From the NCBI GenBank assembly GCA_043797265.1, contig JAZDPV010000014.1:1-43865 (forward strand): a DNA stretch of 43,865 nt, written 5' to 3'. Position 1 is the stretch's first letter. Every line of letters starts with the position of its first letter. Below the pieces are notes generated by a model that searched no databases, was not told the DNA's origin, and saw nothing but the letters and a program-made list of their open reading frames with translations. Origin of the DNA: an archaeon. Its GTDB lineage: Archaea; Nanobdellota; Nanobdellia; Pacearchaeales; GW2011-AR1. Of this stretch, positions 35,165 to 43,865 are shown piece by piece. Both the position numbers and the translations under genes were made by a program.

Positions 35165-38100
35165 TTATTTTTTCTTCACAACTTTTTTATCTCTCCCACT
35201 CTCACTGAGCACTCCTCCCCCACCCTCGCGAAGCACGAGCGCCCTCTTCAATTCATTAATTTCAATTGCAATACTTTGAGAATCTTCAGAAGGAATAACA
35301 CCCTTGAACGGCTTTAATCTTTCTTCAAGACCCTTCACCCTTATCGCAACATTTGAAGTGTCCTTGCCTCCTTTTTTCAACGCCTCCATCCTCTCTTTCA
35401 ATTTGGAGACCTCTTCTTTGAACGATATTCTCTTTTCGGGATTTTTCTTTAAATACTTTGCTCTTTCAATCTTCGCAATCTGGACAGCTTTCGCAATCTC
35501 TGCAGAAGCAATCTTCTTCCTCACAATATGCATCGGCTCTTTCCCAATCTTCTTCCAATACCCAATCAGCTTCGGCTTCAGCGTCTCCAAATACATGTCA
35601 GCCATCTGGAACTGCCCCGACTTTACTTTCGCCTTCGACAACTTAATCTCCAGCTCAACATCCAGCGTATCAATCCCTAATTTCTTCAACTGTTCCGCCT
35701 GATAATCCAAATCCTCAATCTCCATAAAATATTTCTCATACTTCGCCAGCTCATCATTAGACAATCTTCTCGTGCTATGCAGCAACGGCCTATACGACAC
35801 GAAATACGGTCGCCCATTATTATATTCGGCATTAACATTCATCCCGGTCCCAATCGGCTCCTTCACAACCGATTTCAAAACATCGTCGCCATACTTCATA
35901 CTGACCCGCTCCAAGTCGCCCTCATACCTCGTCCCCATCTGAATCTCCGTCCCGATGTTCGCCTTAATTTCCCCGACGAAGTCGCTCAAGACCTGTGAAA
36001 TCAAAACCAACCCAACCCCCCACTTTCTAAATTCCCTCGCTCCTCTCTCAAGCTGGATAAACCCTTGCCCCGACCCGCCAAACTTCGGCAACAACCTGTG
36101 AACCTCGTCATAAACAATCAGCGTCTTCAACTCCTTCGACTCTTCCAGTTTCAATTTGAATATTTGCTCAATCGTGCTCGCCACAACAACATCAATCTCT
36201 TTCGGCGACAAGTTACTGACATTAAAAATCGAAATCTCCCCCGGCCTGTCCATATACTTCGCAATATCAATCATCTCATACGGGTCATGAATCGTCTTAA
36301 TGCTCCCGTCAAACGCTCTCGCCTGCCCCGTCTTCATATCAAAATACTTGTACCTCTTCAGCATCCCAGCATCCTCACACCCTCTCAAGAATCCAGTCCA
36401 TTGCGCCGTCGGGTCAAAAACAATAACGCTCTTTTTGTGCAGCAACGCTGACTCAACAATATCCTGAGCCGCGACCGTCTTACCACCACCAGTCGCCCCC
36501 GCAATCAGCGTATGCATCTGCAATTTATCCAAATCAACAAACGTCCTAATCCCGGTCTCGGCAATCTTCCCGACAAACTCAGAATGCGTCGTCGCCTGAG
36601 GCAGTTTCGAAACATCCAGCTGAACCTTAAATCTCTTCTTCCTGTATTCCAAATAATTCCATAAATAATAACCGCCGACAATTACCCCAATCAACATTAA
36701 AGCCAGCCACCACAACCACACATAAATTCCAAGTAATTTCCTCTTGAAAAAATGATATTGCACCTGAACATAAGCAATCGAGCTCGCCTGCATCGTCCCC
36801 TCCAGTTCAGCGTTCGAATAATAAGCAACCCCCTTTACCATGTATCTCCCTGGCTCGACATATTCAGGAACCGTCAAATTCTTGATGGTGCTCAACGACG
36901 TCTCAACCGCAAACGCCTCCTCCTGCCTCGTCACAATCTCGCCGGTGTTAACATCAATCAACTGCAAATCAAACTGGACATCAACGCTCTTCGTCTTCCC
37001 CAGATTCAACAAGTCAACCTGCAATCTCAAAATCTCGCCCGGAGCCACCGTCGGCGTCAACGGCTGGACCTTCACATCAAGCAACTTCCCCTCTGGCGGC
37101 AAAACCTTAATCGTGAACGGAATCACACCCTCTTCCTCGCCCGACGTCACAACCAAATCCCCATCATAATCTCCAATCCGCGCAAACTTCGGAATAATTA
37201 TTTTAATCGACACATCTCTCCTCTCACTCGCCTTCAAAACAATATTCGTCGACTCAAAGAAAACCAACGGAATAATATCCCCGGTCACCTTGAGAGAAAT
37301 AGGTGTATCCGAATTAACAGTATTCCTCAGCTTAATCCTGACAGTCGCGGTATCTCCCGGGAACAACTCCTTGTAAATCGAAGTCGTCTCCAGTTTAATC
37401 CCGCCAATATCCAAAAAGCTTTTCACAATTCTTTCTATCTCCGCCAAATCACCACTACTCAACCCGCCGCCGCCACCCCCACCCCCACTCGAATAAGTTG
37501 TAGTCGTCGTCGTAGTCGTCGTCGTCGCAACACAATCAGCCGAACAAGTCGTCGTCGTCTCTCCATAAATCGCTTCACATGCCCCATTCCCGCATTTGTT
37601 CTCCGCAAGGAAATAAGCGCTAAGTCCACTCGCATTCCCAGTGATAGTTTTCAAATCAATATCTCTCGAAGAAGTCAGCGCACTCCAGCTCCCGGAACAA
37701 GACCTATCCGTATAATTCCAAACACTGCATCTCACAACCCCCAACGCCAACGGCGAATCATAACCATATCCGCTATAATTAAACACAGCACTCACGGCAT
37801 TCGAACTCAACCCGCTCGAATTCACTGCAATCCCGATAAACGGCTCATACAAAGTTATAACATCATCCACATCCTCGCCGTCAATCCCATAACCATTAAA
37901 ACTAATATTGCTCGTCGTCCAGTTCGTGAAATTAACATTTTTGATTCTCAAACTATCATTCGCAATCTTGAAATCAAAATCATAAAATCTCTTGTTAATA
38001 TACAACTGCGCAACTCCGCTCGCATTCGTCACATTACTAACTAAAAGCGTCGTCGTATCCGGTCGGTACAAACTGACATTAACATTTGGGACAGCGGTCC

Positions 38101-41100
38101 CGGCATAATCAGTCAAAGTCAAATACCAATAATACCTGTCACGAACTTCAAACCAATCACTCGTCGAATTTTCATTCCCCGTCGAATCATTCGCGCTGTA
38201 ATTAATCGCATACTCACCGGCCAAATCCAACACAAAACTATCATTAACATAAAGCCCGCCCGAAGAACTGAGAGTCAAATTCAAAGTCGTCTCATTAGGA
38301 TAAGTCAAAACTCCCCAGACACTATCAACCCCAACAGCGTCGCTAACATTCACGGACAAATTAATATTCCCACCCAACTCAACATGATTCCTCGTGACAA
38401 CAAACTTCGGCGCAGTCAAGTCCCGATACACAATAGAATCATTGCTAATCTTGCTAACACTCCCATAACTCGGATGAACCAATGTCAAAGTCAAATCATA
38501 AGTCACCCCATCCGTCAAGCTCGGCGCCAGACAGGATATATTCCAATAAGTATTATTAGAATCAAAAAAGTAACTCGCATTAACACAATCAGTTCCATTA
38601 ATCGTCGCGCTCCACGTCAAACTTTCATTAATCACGATTCCGCCATAAGTCGCATTCGCAGCCATCGTCAAGTTATCCCCAGCAGTCACATTGGTTATCG
38701 GCGAAACATTCGTCGGCGACGTTATATTAGCCACGACATCCGTCGCAGTCAAATTAATTTGCACGACATCCGTCGTCGGGTTAGCCGAAGAATTTCCAAT
38801 TGTAATATTCACGTAATAACTTCCTTCAACTTCCGGAGCCGTATAATTAATCATGAACGTCCCCGTTGTCCCAGCCGAAACTAAAATCGACGAGACATTC
38901 GGCTGGATAATAGTCGCATTCGTGCTATTCAATCCAAAATTAATATTCATATTCCCAGTATTATTAATCACGACCGCTTGAAGCGTATCAGATGTCCCGG
39001 CAACCTTCGTCCCATTAATTGCCGTCGGCGTCACGTCCCAAGTCCATGTCTCAGGCACCGTCACATAAATATAAAACGTATTTGAAACGCCAACCGCAGA
39101 AATATTTATGACCCCGTTATAATTCCCACCAGCATAACTTGGCGCCGCAGTCACGCTAACATTTACATCGCTACTTGAATTAATCGGCACGCTAAATGCC
39201 GACGCATTATATCCGACGGTAAACGCACTGCAAACAGTCCCAGATTGGCAAGTGAAATTCACAGAAGTCAAAGGAGCGTTCCCCGTATTATTAACAGTCA
39301 TCAAACTCGAATTCGTCGCCCCAGAAGGAATTGTCAAGCTCAGCGACGACGGGCTATAACTAAAAGAACTATTACTCAAAACACTAATCGTCAAGCTATC
39401 AGTATCAGTCGAATAACTATTATCAGGATTTCTCCATCGGGCAGTCACCGGCACAACATAATTCCCAGGAGCCGACATCGCCGAAACATTAAACGAAACA
39501 ACAGCACTCCCGGCAACTCCCGCCGACAAATTACCCAATGACGCATTCGTCGCGCTCACATTCCCCGGCAAAGTAAATCCAATCGTCGGCGAATACATAT
39601 AAACCATCCCGGTATTATTCAAAGTAAAATTAATCGAAACATTCTCGCCATGCGTCCTGTCAATCTTGCTCAAAGTCACAGCCGAATCATTCAAACTCAA
39701 GGCGCCCGTCGTAACCAAATAATTCATAAAACTATAACCACTCGCCACGTGATTTTTCCCGCCATTATCATAAATACTAACGACAACATTATGCACACCG
39801 GCGCCAGTCGGCGTAAAATTAACGCTAAAATTATCAGCAGTTCCACTCCCGCTCAAGTGAGTCGCATTCAAGTAAGTGGTGGTAACACCATTAGTCACAT
39901 TAACCGTCGTCGCGCTCTCATTAATCGCAACATCATCCGTCGTCGAAATCATGATAGTCAAATTCTTGTTCGCCTCGGAAATACTGCTATTGACTCCATC
40001 CAAAAGGAACCAAACGCCAGTCACGTTCGGCGCCTGCTCCACAATCCACCACGCATCCTGGTAACTTCCCGAAGTCGGCGTCGCATCGCTGTCATTCCAC
40101 ACAACATCAACTCCGATATCAGGCCAAGGGGCGGCGCTCCCCTCTTGGTACATGCTAATCACGGCACTCCCGCCCTTCGTCACATTCAGCTGAGTCGGAT
40201 TTCTAACCAGCCCGCTCACATTATTATTCTCGGTAAAAATATTAGGGTCCCTGTAATCCGTCGTCCTCGAATTAGCATAATCAACATCAAAACTCAAATT
40301 AATATTCCCAGTATTATAAATAGTAATATTCCCAATTTCCCCAGCCGTGTTCAAGGCAAAAGTATTATTATTAGTCAAATTAACCATCGGTGAATAATGC
40401 CACGAACTATTAACAGGAACCTCAACCGTCAAATTAATCGAACCGCTCCCGCCGTTGGAAGAATTAACATTAATCCTCCCGCTATAATTTCCAGATGAGG
40501 TCTGAGCCGGAACACTCACATTAACTTTTACACTCTGCCCAGTTCCGCCATTCAAAGTCGCAATCGGATTCGGGCTAAACACAACCCAATCGCTCGACAA
40601 ATTCAAATGTCCCACGCTTAAATTCCCCTCAATTAAAGAACTATTAATATTCGTAACAATATCCGTCCCGGTTGAATCAACATTAAAGTAAAAAATACCA
40701 GACCTGTCATGTTGCACGGTCAAACTCTTGGCGCTCTCGTTAATCGTCATCGTCGCGTTCAAAGTAATCTCAACAGCCATATCATTATAATTAATATAAT
40801 CAGAACCTTCGGCAATAGTCCCGTCGTTATTTGTCCAGTTCGCCCTCCACTTAATAGCATTAACCGAAGCACCAATCCCCGCCTTAATAACAACCAACAT
40901 CGACGCATTACAACTCTCGCCAGGATAAATTCTCGTGCAAGGCGTCACCTCGGTAATACTTGAAATATTATTGCTCCTGAGAAAAGCATTATCAAATACA
41001 TTCACGCCCAGCATCGATGCATTCCCATTGTTAGTCAGCGTCGCATTCACATACAACTCATAAGTCGTCGCCGGGTTATAATCACTAATCGTCTCATTCT

Positions 41101-43864
41101 CAACATACAAACTCCCAGTCGTGCTCTTCTGCTCCAACCAATCAATATACCCAGCCGAAACATTCCTATAATACTCACTCTCATTATGAGCGCTCACATT
41201 AATCGTATAATTTCCATAACCAAAATCACCAGGCACCAGCCACGACGCTGTGCATTGCGAAACTCCCGAACATTGCTGGCTATCCAAAACACCGCCGCTC
41301 AAATTCCCGAGACTAATATTAAACGTCCCATTAATCAAGTCCCCGTTATCAACTCTCGTCCAATTAAACGTCACAGAATAATTTGTCTGCACCCCGGAAT
41401 AATTCGCATTAGTCGAATAAGGCAAGCTCGTCTGCGCCCAAACTTCCAAGTCCTGCGACTTCGTCCCGACAATCCCCGTCAAACTATTTTCATTAACCGT
41501 AATCTCCAACGGAACAACCCCAAGCGAGTTCGTCGGAATCGTAATATTATAAGCGAACCCTCCGCTCGAATTCGTCGTCGCATTAAAATACAAAATCCTC
41601 ACATCGCTCAAGCTCGGCGTCACCGAACCATTCGTCGTCGTCAACCACGCCCGATATTGCACATAATCCTTGCTCAATGCCGTGATGTCATTATTCAACC
41701 CGCTCGTATAATTCGTCCCCCACGCATCCCAGCTCAACCCATCATCGCTCTCCGTCAGTTGAATCTTCACATCAGTCCCCGTCGGCAAATTCTCGCTCCA
41801 CCTCAAAACCGTGTAAGTAACATCAGCCAGATTAATCGCAGGCGAAGTCAGGTTCCCAACCGAAGCATAATCATAACTCGAATAATTAATCTCAATCGCA
41901 GTCACCGGATTCTCCTTGTCAAACCCGCTCGACACATCCGAAATAACTTTCACATAAAAGTTCTTGTACCCATCAGCCGGAATCGTCCCGCCAATCGTGA
42001 CACCCGAACTCGTCGTCGACTGAAGCAAGGCGTAACTGCTATCATCAAAGCTATACCAAACACTTGTGTTTCCCCCGCCATCCGAAGGCGAACTAAAAGT
42101 ATCAACATAAGCCGACGCATTGTAAAACTTAGTCGCCGACGTAAATTTGTAAGTGATATTCCCGGTCTGCTGAATCATGTTATACAATTCAAACAAGACA
42201 CCATCACCGGCGTAAAACCCGACATTGGAATAATTATAACTATCCAAAGTATATCCCGTCGTCGTATAACTATCACTATAACTCGTCACACTACTTTCAG
42301 AAGTAAGATTCAACTGAGCAACCGACGACAAATTCATATTCACCCCAGTCGCGCCAGTGAAATTCGTATGATTCAAAGTATTCGACGACACCGTCACGTT
42401 ATTAAGTTTAATCACGAACAAATTATTCGGCACGCTCCAATGAGCCGTCCCGTTAGTCCTGTTTATCTGTCCTTCAACCAAAAGCGTCTGCGTCGTGTTC
42501 GCCTCCGAGCCAACAGCAATTCCAATCGAAGTATTCTGCACGCTGAAATTACTCGTCACGCTTTTCACGACGCCAAACCCATTCGTCAAGTTCGCAAAAT
42601 AAGTCACAGCATAATCTCCAAGCGCCATCGAATGATTAAAACTATTATTCCAAATTCCGCCATCCGCCCCGTCGCCATCCTCCGCGCTCAAACTCAAATT
42701 TAAACTCGTCGTGTTCGGCCTCAAAATATTTACCCAAACCGCCGACACATTATATCCCGCAATGGTTTTATTAATCTGGTTCCCGGTCACATCGACGCTG
42801 ACATTCACATTCTCATTATAATTCACATAAATCTTCTCCGTCGTAAATCCAACCGAACTATTCGAAGTCAACGGAATTCTAATATTTACAACTCCGCTAT
42901 CAGTTTGCAACTCATAACCAATCTTGCTACAATTTGTGTTCCAGCTATAATTCCCCGCATAATCAAAAGTCCTATTAGAATAATACAATTCGGCCGTCGC
43001 ATTATAATCCATATCATAAGTCCCAGATTCCCCGCCATCGCTAAACGTCACATTACAAGTCGCGCCAGCAACAGACGCCGACGAATTATCCATAGTATAA
43101 TTAGCAAAGAAATAAGTCAACTCAGTTGGCAACGGCTCATCCTCGCTCAACCATCCCGCCTTGTTCTCCGAATCATCCTCGCTGTCCCAAGCATCAATAC
43201 CGCCAAGCTCCGTCACATTAATATAAGTCACATTCTCATTATTTGTCTCATCGCTTTCCGGAATCACATTAGCAGGGTCGACCGTCACATTTAATTTCTT
43301 GTTCCACCCAGATGTCGTCGTCAAAGTGCAATTCGTCAAATACCAACCCGCCCCATCAACCTGCGCAATCGACTTGCTCTCGAACACAACATCATCCAAG
43401 TAACACGAAACATTCACATTTATCGCGTTCGGCGGCGACGGGTTCGAAATATTTATCTCAATAAAAGTCGAGTTCGAATAAATTATATTAGGCAAACTAA
43501 CATAATCAATAGTCAAATCAGTCAGGGTAACATCAAAATTATTCTCCGTCGCAGAATTCCAATTCCCCAAACTATCATTGCACGAAACAGTCAAATTATG
43601 CACTCCGTGAGTTATCCCGGAATAACTATAATTAAACCACGACGAATTAAACATCGTCATCGTCAAATTTTCCGCCCCATCCAAACTCGCCAGACAACTC
43701 TCAACAGAAAACAACGCATCACCAACGCTAACATTAAAATCAATCAAAGAAGAATAATGACTCGTCCCATTATCCGGATACACTATTATAATAACAGGAG
43801 GACTAACATCCAAAGTAATATGCCTCACGGAAGTCGAATTCTTATTCCCCGCCGCATCACTTAT
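35165..43864 (-). CDS. Giant surface protein (CARDB/Ig-like repeats) fused via one TM to a HerA/VirB4-like (DUF87) ATPase; 5'-truncated by the window edge
   Basis: Frame is open to the window end (ISDAAGNKNSTSVRHITLD); VDPAN.I.ESDETNN CARDB motif; dense N-x-S/T; TM at about 36658-36737; HTLIAGATGGGKT, VIVFDP, LIVYDEVH and REFRKWGVGLVLISQ. Confidence 0.93.
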   Translation of the reverse strand: MSDAAGNKNSTSVRHITLDVSPPVIIIVYPDNGTSHYSSLIDFNVSVGDALFSVESCLASLDGAENLTMTMFNSSWFNYSYSGITHGVHNLTVSCNDSLGNWNSATENNFDVTLTDLTIDYVSLPNIIYSNSTFIEINISNPSPPNAINVNVSCYLDDVVFESKSIAQVDGAGWYLTNCTLTTTSGWNKKLNVTVDPANVIPESDETNNENVTYINVTELGGIDAWDSEDDSENKAGWLSEDEPLPTELTYFFANYTMDNSSASVAGATCNVTFSDGGESGTYDMDYNATAELYYSNRTFDYAGNYSWNTNCSKIGYELQTDSGVVNIRIPLTSNSSVGFTTEKIYVNYNENVNVSVDVTGNQINKTIAGYNVSAVWVNILRPNTTSLNLSLSAEDGDGADGGIWNNSFNHSMALGDYAVTYFANLTNGFGVVKSVTSNFSVQNTSIGIAVGSEANTTQTLLVEGQINRTNGTAHWSVPNNLFVIKLNNVTVSSNTLNHTNFTGATGVNMNLSSVAQLNLTSESSVTSYSDSYTTTGYTLDSYNYSNVGFYAGDGVLFELYNMIQQTGNITYKFTSATKFYNASAYVDTFSSPSDGGGNTSVWYSFDDSSYALLQSTTSSGVTIGGTIPADGYKNFYVKVISDVSSGFDKENPVTAIEINYSSYDYASVGNLTSPAINLADVTYTVLRWSENLPTGTDVKIQLTESDDGLSWDAWGTNYTSGLNNDITALSKDYVQYRAWLTTTNGSVTPSLSDVRILYFNATTNSSGGFAYNITIPTNSLGVVPLEITVNENSLTGIVGTKSQDLEVWAQTSLPYSTNANYSGVQTNYSVTFNWTRVDNGDLINGTFNISLGNLSGGVLDSQQCSGVSQCTASWLVPGDFGYGNYTINVSAHNESEYYRNVSAGYIDWLEQKSTTGSLYVENETISDYNPATTYELYVNATLTNNGNASMLGVNVFDNAFLRSNNISSITEVTPCTRIYPGESCNASMLVVIKAGIGASVNAIKWRANWTNNDGTIAEGSDYINYNDMAVEITLNATMTINESAKSLTVQHDRSGIFYFNVDSTGTDIVTNINSSLIEGNLSVGHLNLSSDWVVFSPNPIATLNGGTGQSVKVNVSVPAQTSSGNYSGRINVNSSNGGSGSINLTVEVPVNSSWHYSPMVNLTNNNTFALNTAGEIGNITIYNTGNINLSFDVDYANSRTTDYRDPNIFTENNNVSGLVRNPTQLNVTKGGSAVISMYQEGSAAPWPDIGVDVVWNDSDATPTSGSYQDAWWIVEQAPNVTGVWFLLDGVNSSISEANKNLTIMISTTDDVAINESATTVNVTNGVTTTYLNATHLSGSGTADNFSVNFTPTGAGVHNVVVSIYDNGGKNHVASGYSFMNYLVTTGALSLNDSAVTLSKIDRTHGENVSINFTLNNTGMVYMYSPTIGFTLPGNVSATNASLGNLSAGVAGSAVVSFNVSAMSAPGNYVVPVTARWRNPDNSYSTDTDSLTISVLSNSSFSYSPSSLSLTIPSGATNSSLMTVNNTGNAPLTSVNFTCQSGTVCSAFTVGYNASAFSVPINSSSDVNVSVTAAPSYAGGNYNGVINISAVGVSNTFYIYVTVPETWTWDVTPTAINGTKVAGTSDTLQAVVINNTGNMNINFGLNSTNATIIQPNVSSILVSAGTTGTFMINYTAPEVEGSYYVNITIGNSSANPTTDVVQINLTATDVVANITSPTNVSPITNVTAGDNLTMAANATYGGIVINESLTWSATINGTDCVNASYFFDSNNTYWNISCLAPSLTDGVTYDLTLTLVHPSYGSVSKISNDSIVYRDLTAPKFVVTRNHVELGGNINLSVNVSDAVGVDSVWGVLTYPNETTLNLTLSSSGGLYVNDSFVLDLAGEYAINYSANDSTGNENSTSDWFEVRDRYYWYLTLTDYAGTAVPNVNVSLYRPDTTTLLVSNVTNASGVAQLYINKRFYDFDFKIANDSLRIKNVNFTNWTTSNISFNGYGIDGEDVDDVITLYEPFIGIAVNSSGLSSNAVSAVFNYSGYGYDSPLALGVVRCSVWNYTDRSCSGSWSALTSSRDIDLKTITGNASGLSAYFLAENKCGNGACEAIYGETTTTCSADCVATTTTTTTTTTYSSGGGGGGGGLSSGDLAEIERIVKSFLDIGGIKLETTSIYKELFPGDTATVRIKLRNTVNSDTPISLKVTGDIIPLVFFESTNIVLKASERRDVSIKIIIPKFARIGDYDGDLVVTSGEEEGVIPFTIKVLPPEGKLLDVKVQPLTPTVAPGEILRLQVDLLNLGKTKSVDVQFDLQLIDVNTGEIVTRQEEAFAVETSLSTIKNLTVPEYVEPGRYMVKGVAYYSNAELEGTMQASSIAYVQVQYHFFKRKLLGIYVWLWWLALMLIGVIVGGYYLWNYLEYRKKRFKVQLDVSKLPQATTHSEFVGKIAETGIRTFVDLDKLQMHTLIAGATGGGKTVAAQDIVESALLHKKSVIVFDPTAQWTGFLRGCEDAGMLKRYKYFDMKTGQARAFDGSIKTIHDPYEMIDIAKYMDRPGEISIFNVSNLSPKEIDVVVASTIEQIFKLKLEESKELKTLIVYDEVHRLLPKFGGSGQGFIQLERGAREFRKWGVGLVLISQVLSDFVGEIKANIGTEIQMGTRYEGDLERVSMKYGDDVLKSVVKEPIGTGMNVNAEYNNGRPYFVSYRPLLHSTRRLSNDELAKYEKYFMEIEDLDYQAEQLKKLGIDTLDVELEIKLSKAKVKSGQFQMADMYLETLKPKLIGYWKKIGKEPMHIVRKKIASAEIAKAVQIAKIERAKYLKKNPEKRISFKEEVSKLKERMEALKKGGKDTSNVAIRVKGLEERLKPFKGVIPSEDSQSIAIEINELKRALVLREGGGGVLSESGRDKKVVKKK

Positions 43865-43865
43865 A

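Noticed and set aside
35194-35239. Degenerate heptamer-like tract plus GCGAAGC at the giant gene's 3' end
   Set aside because: It resembles the rrp4/rrp41 insertions (encodes LREGGGGVLSES), but the periodicity is too weak to call
37462-37560. GTC/GCC triplet repeats
   Set aside because: They simply encode the poly-Thr and poly-Gly linkers
36752-42703. Long plus-strand ORFs (430, 505 aa and others; likewise 1118-1978, 2569-3630, 24743-25660)
   Set aside because: Antisense shadows of motif-bearing genes, explained by codon and strand bias; low-complexity products without motifs

Overview
Archaeal DNA, most consistent with a DPANN genome (Pacearchaeota/Woesearchaeota-like; inferred from the divergent 16S 5' end, short core proteins, leaderless TATA promoters and giant N-glycosylation-rich surface proteins). 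It holds the 5' end of 16S rRNA (minus strand), a P-type ATPase, and a minus-strand run pop5-psmA-SBDS-rrp4-rrp41-rrp42 joined to rpoK-eno-rps2 with accessory genes at many junctions (NUDIX, NYN, ACP-like, four-helix-bundle, small membrane protein). It also holds a surface subtilase, RNase J, HemK, Mre11-Rad50, rpoL, radB, topA, valS, aRF1 and two very large surface proteins. Two things stand out. (1) A 5'-truncated >2,900-aa Ig/CARDB-rich surface protein is fused through one TM helix to an intact HerA/VirB4-like ATPase and is coupled to a coiled-coil partner. (2) A dispersed family of small elements runs through the window: linker-spaced arrays of GAA/AAA-triloop hairpins abutting stop codons, 7-bp tandem repeats lying in-frame inside six housekeeping genes, and a 62-nt hairpin found both intergenically and inside the 16S rRNA. 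One array sits directly upstream of an Avd-like four-helix-bundle gene. No CRISPR array, tRNA, transposase or reverse transcriptase was recognised. All family calls are by eye; no database searches were run.
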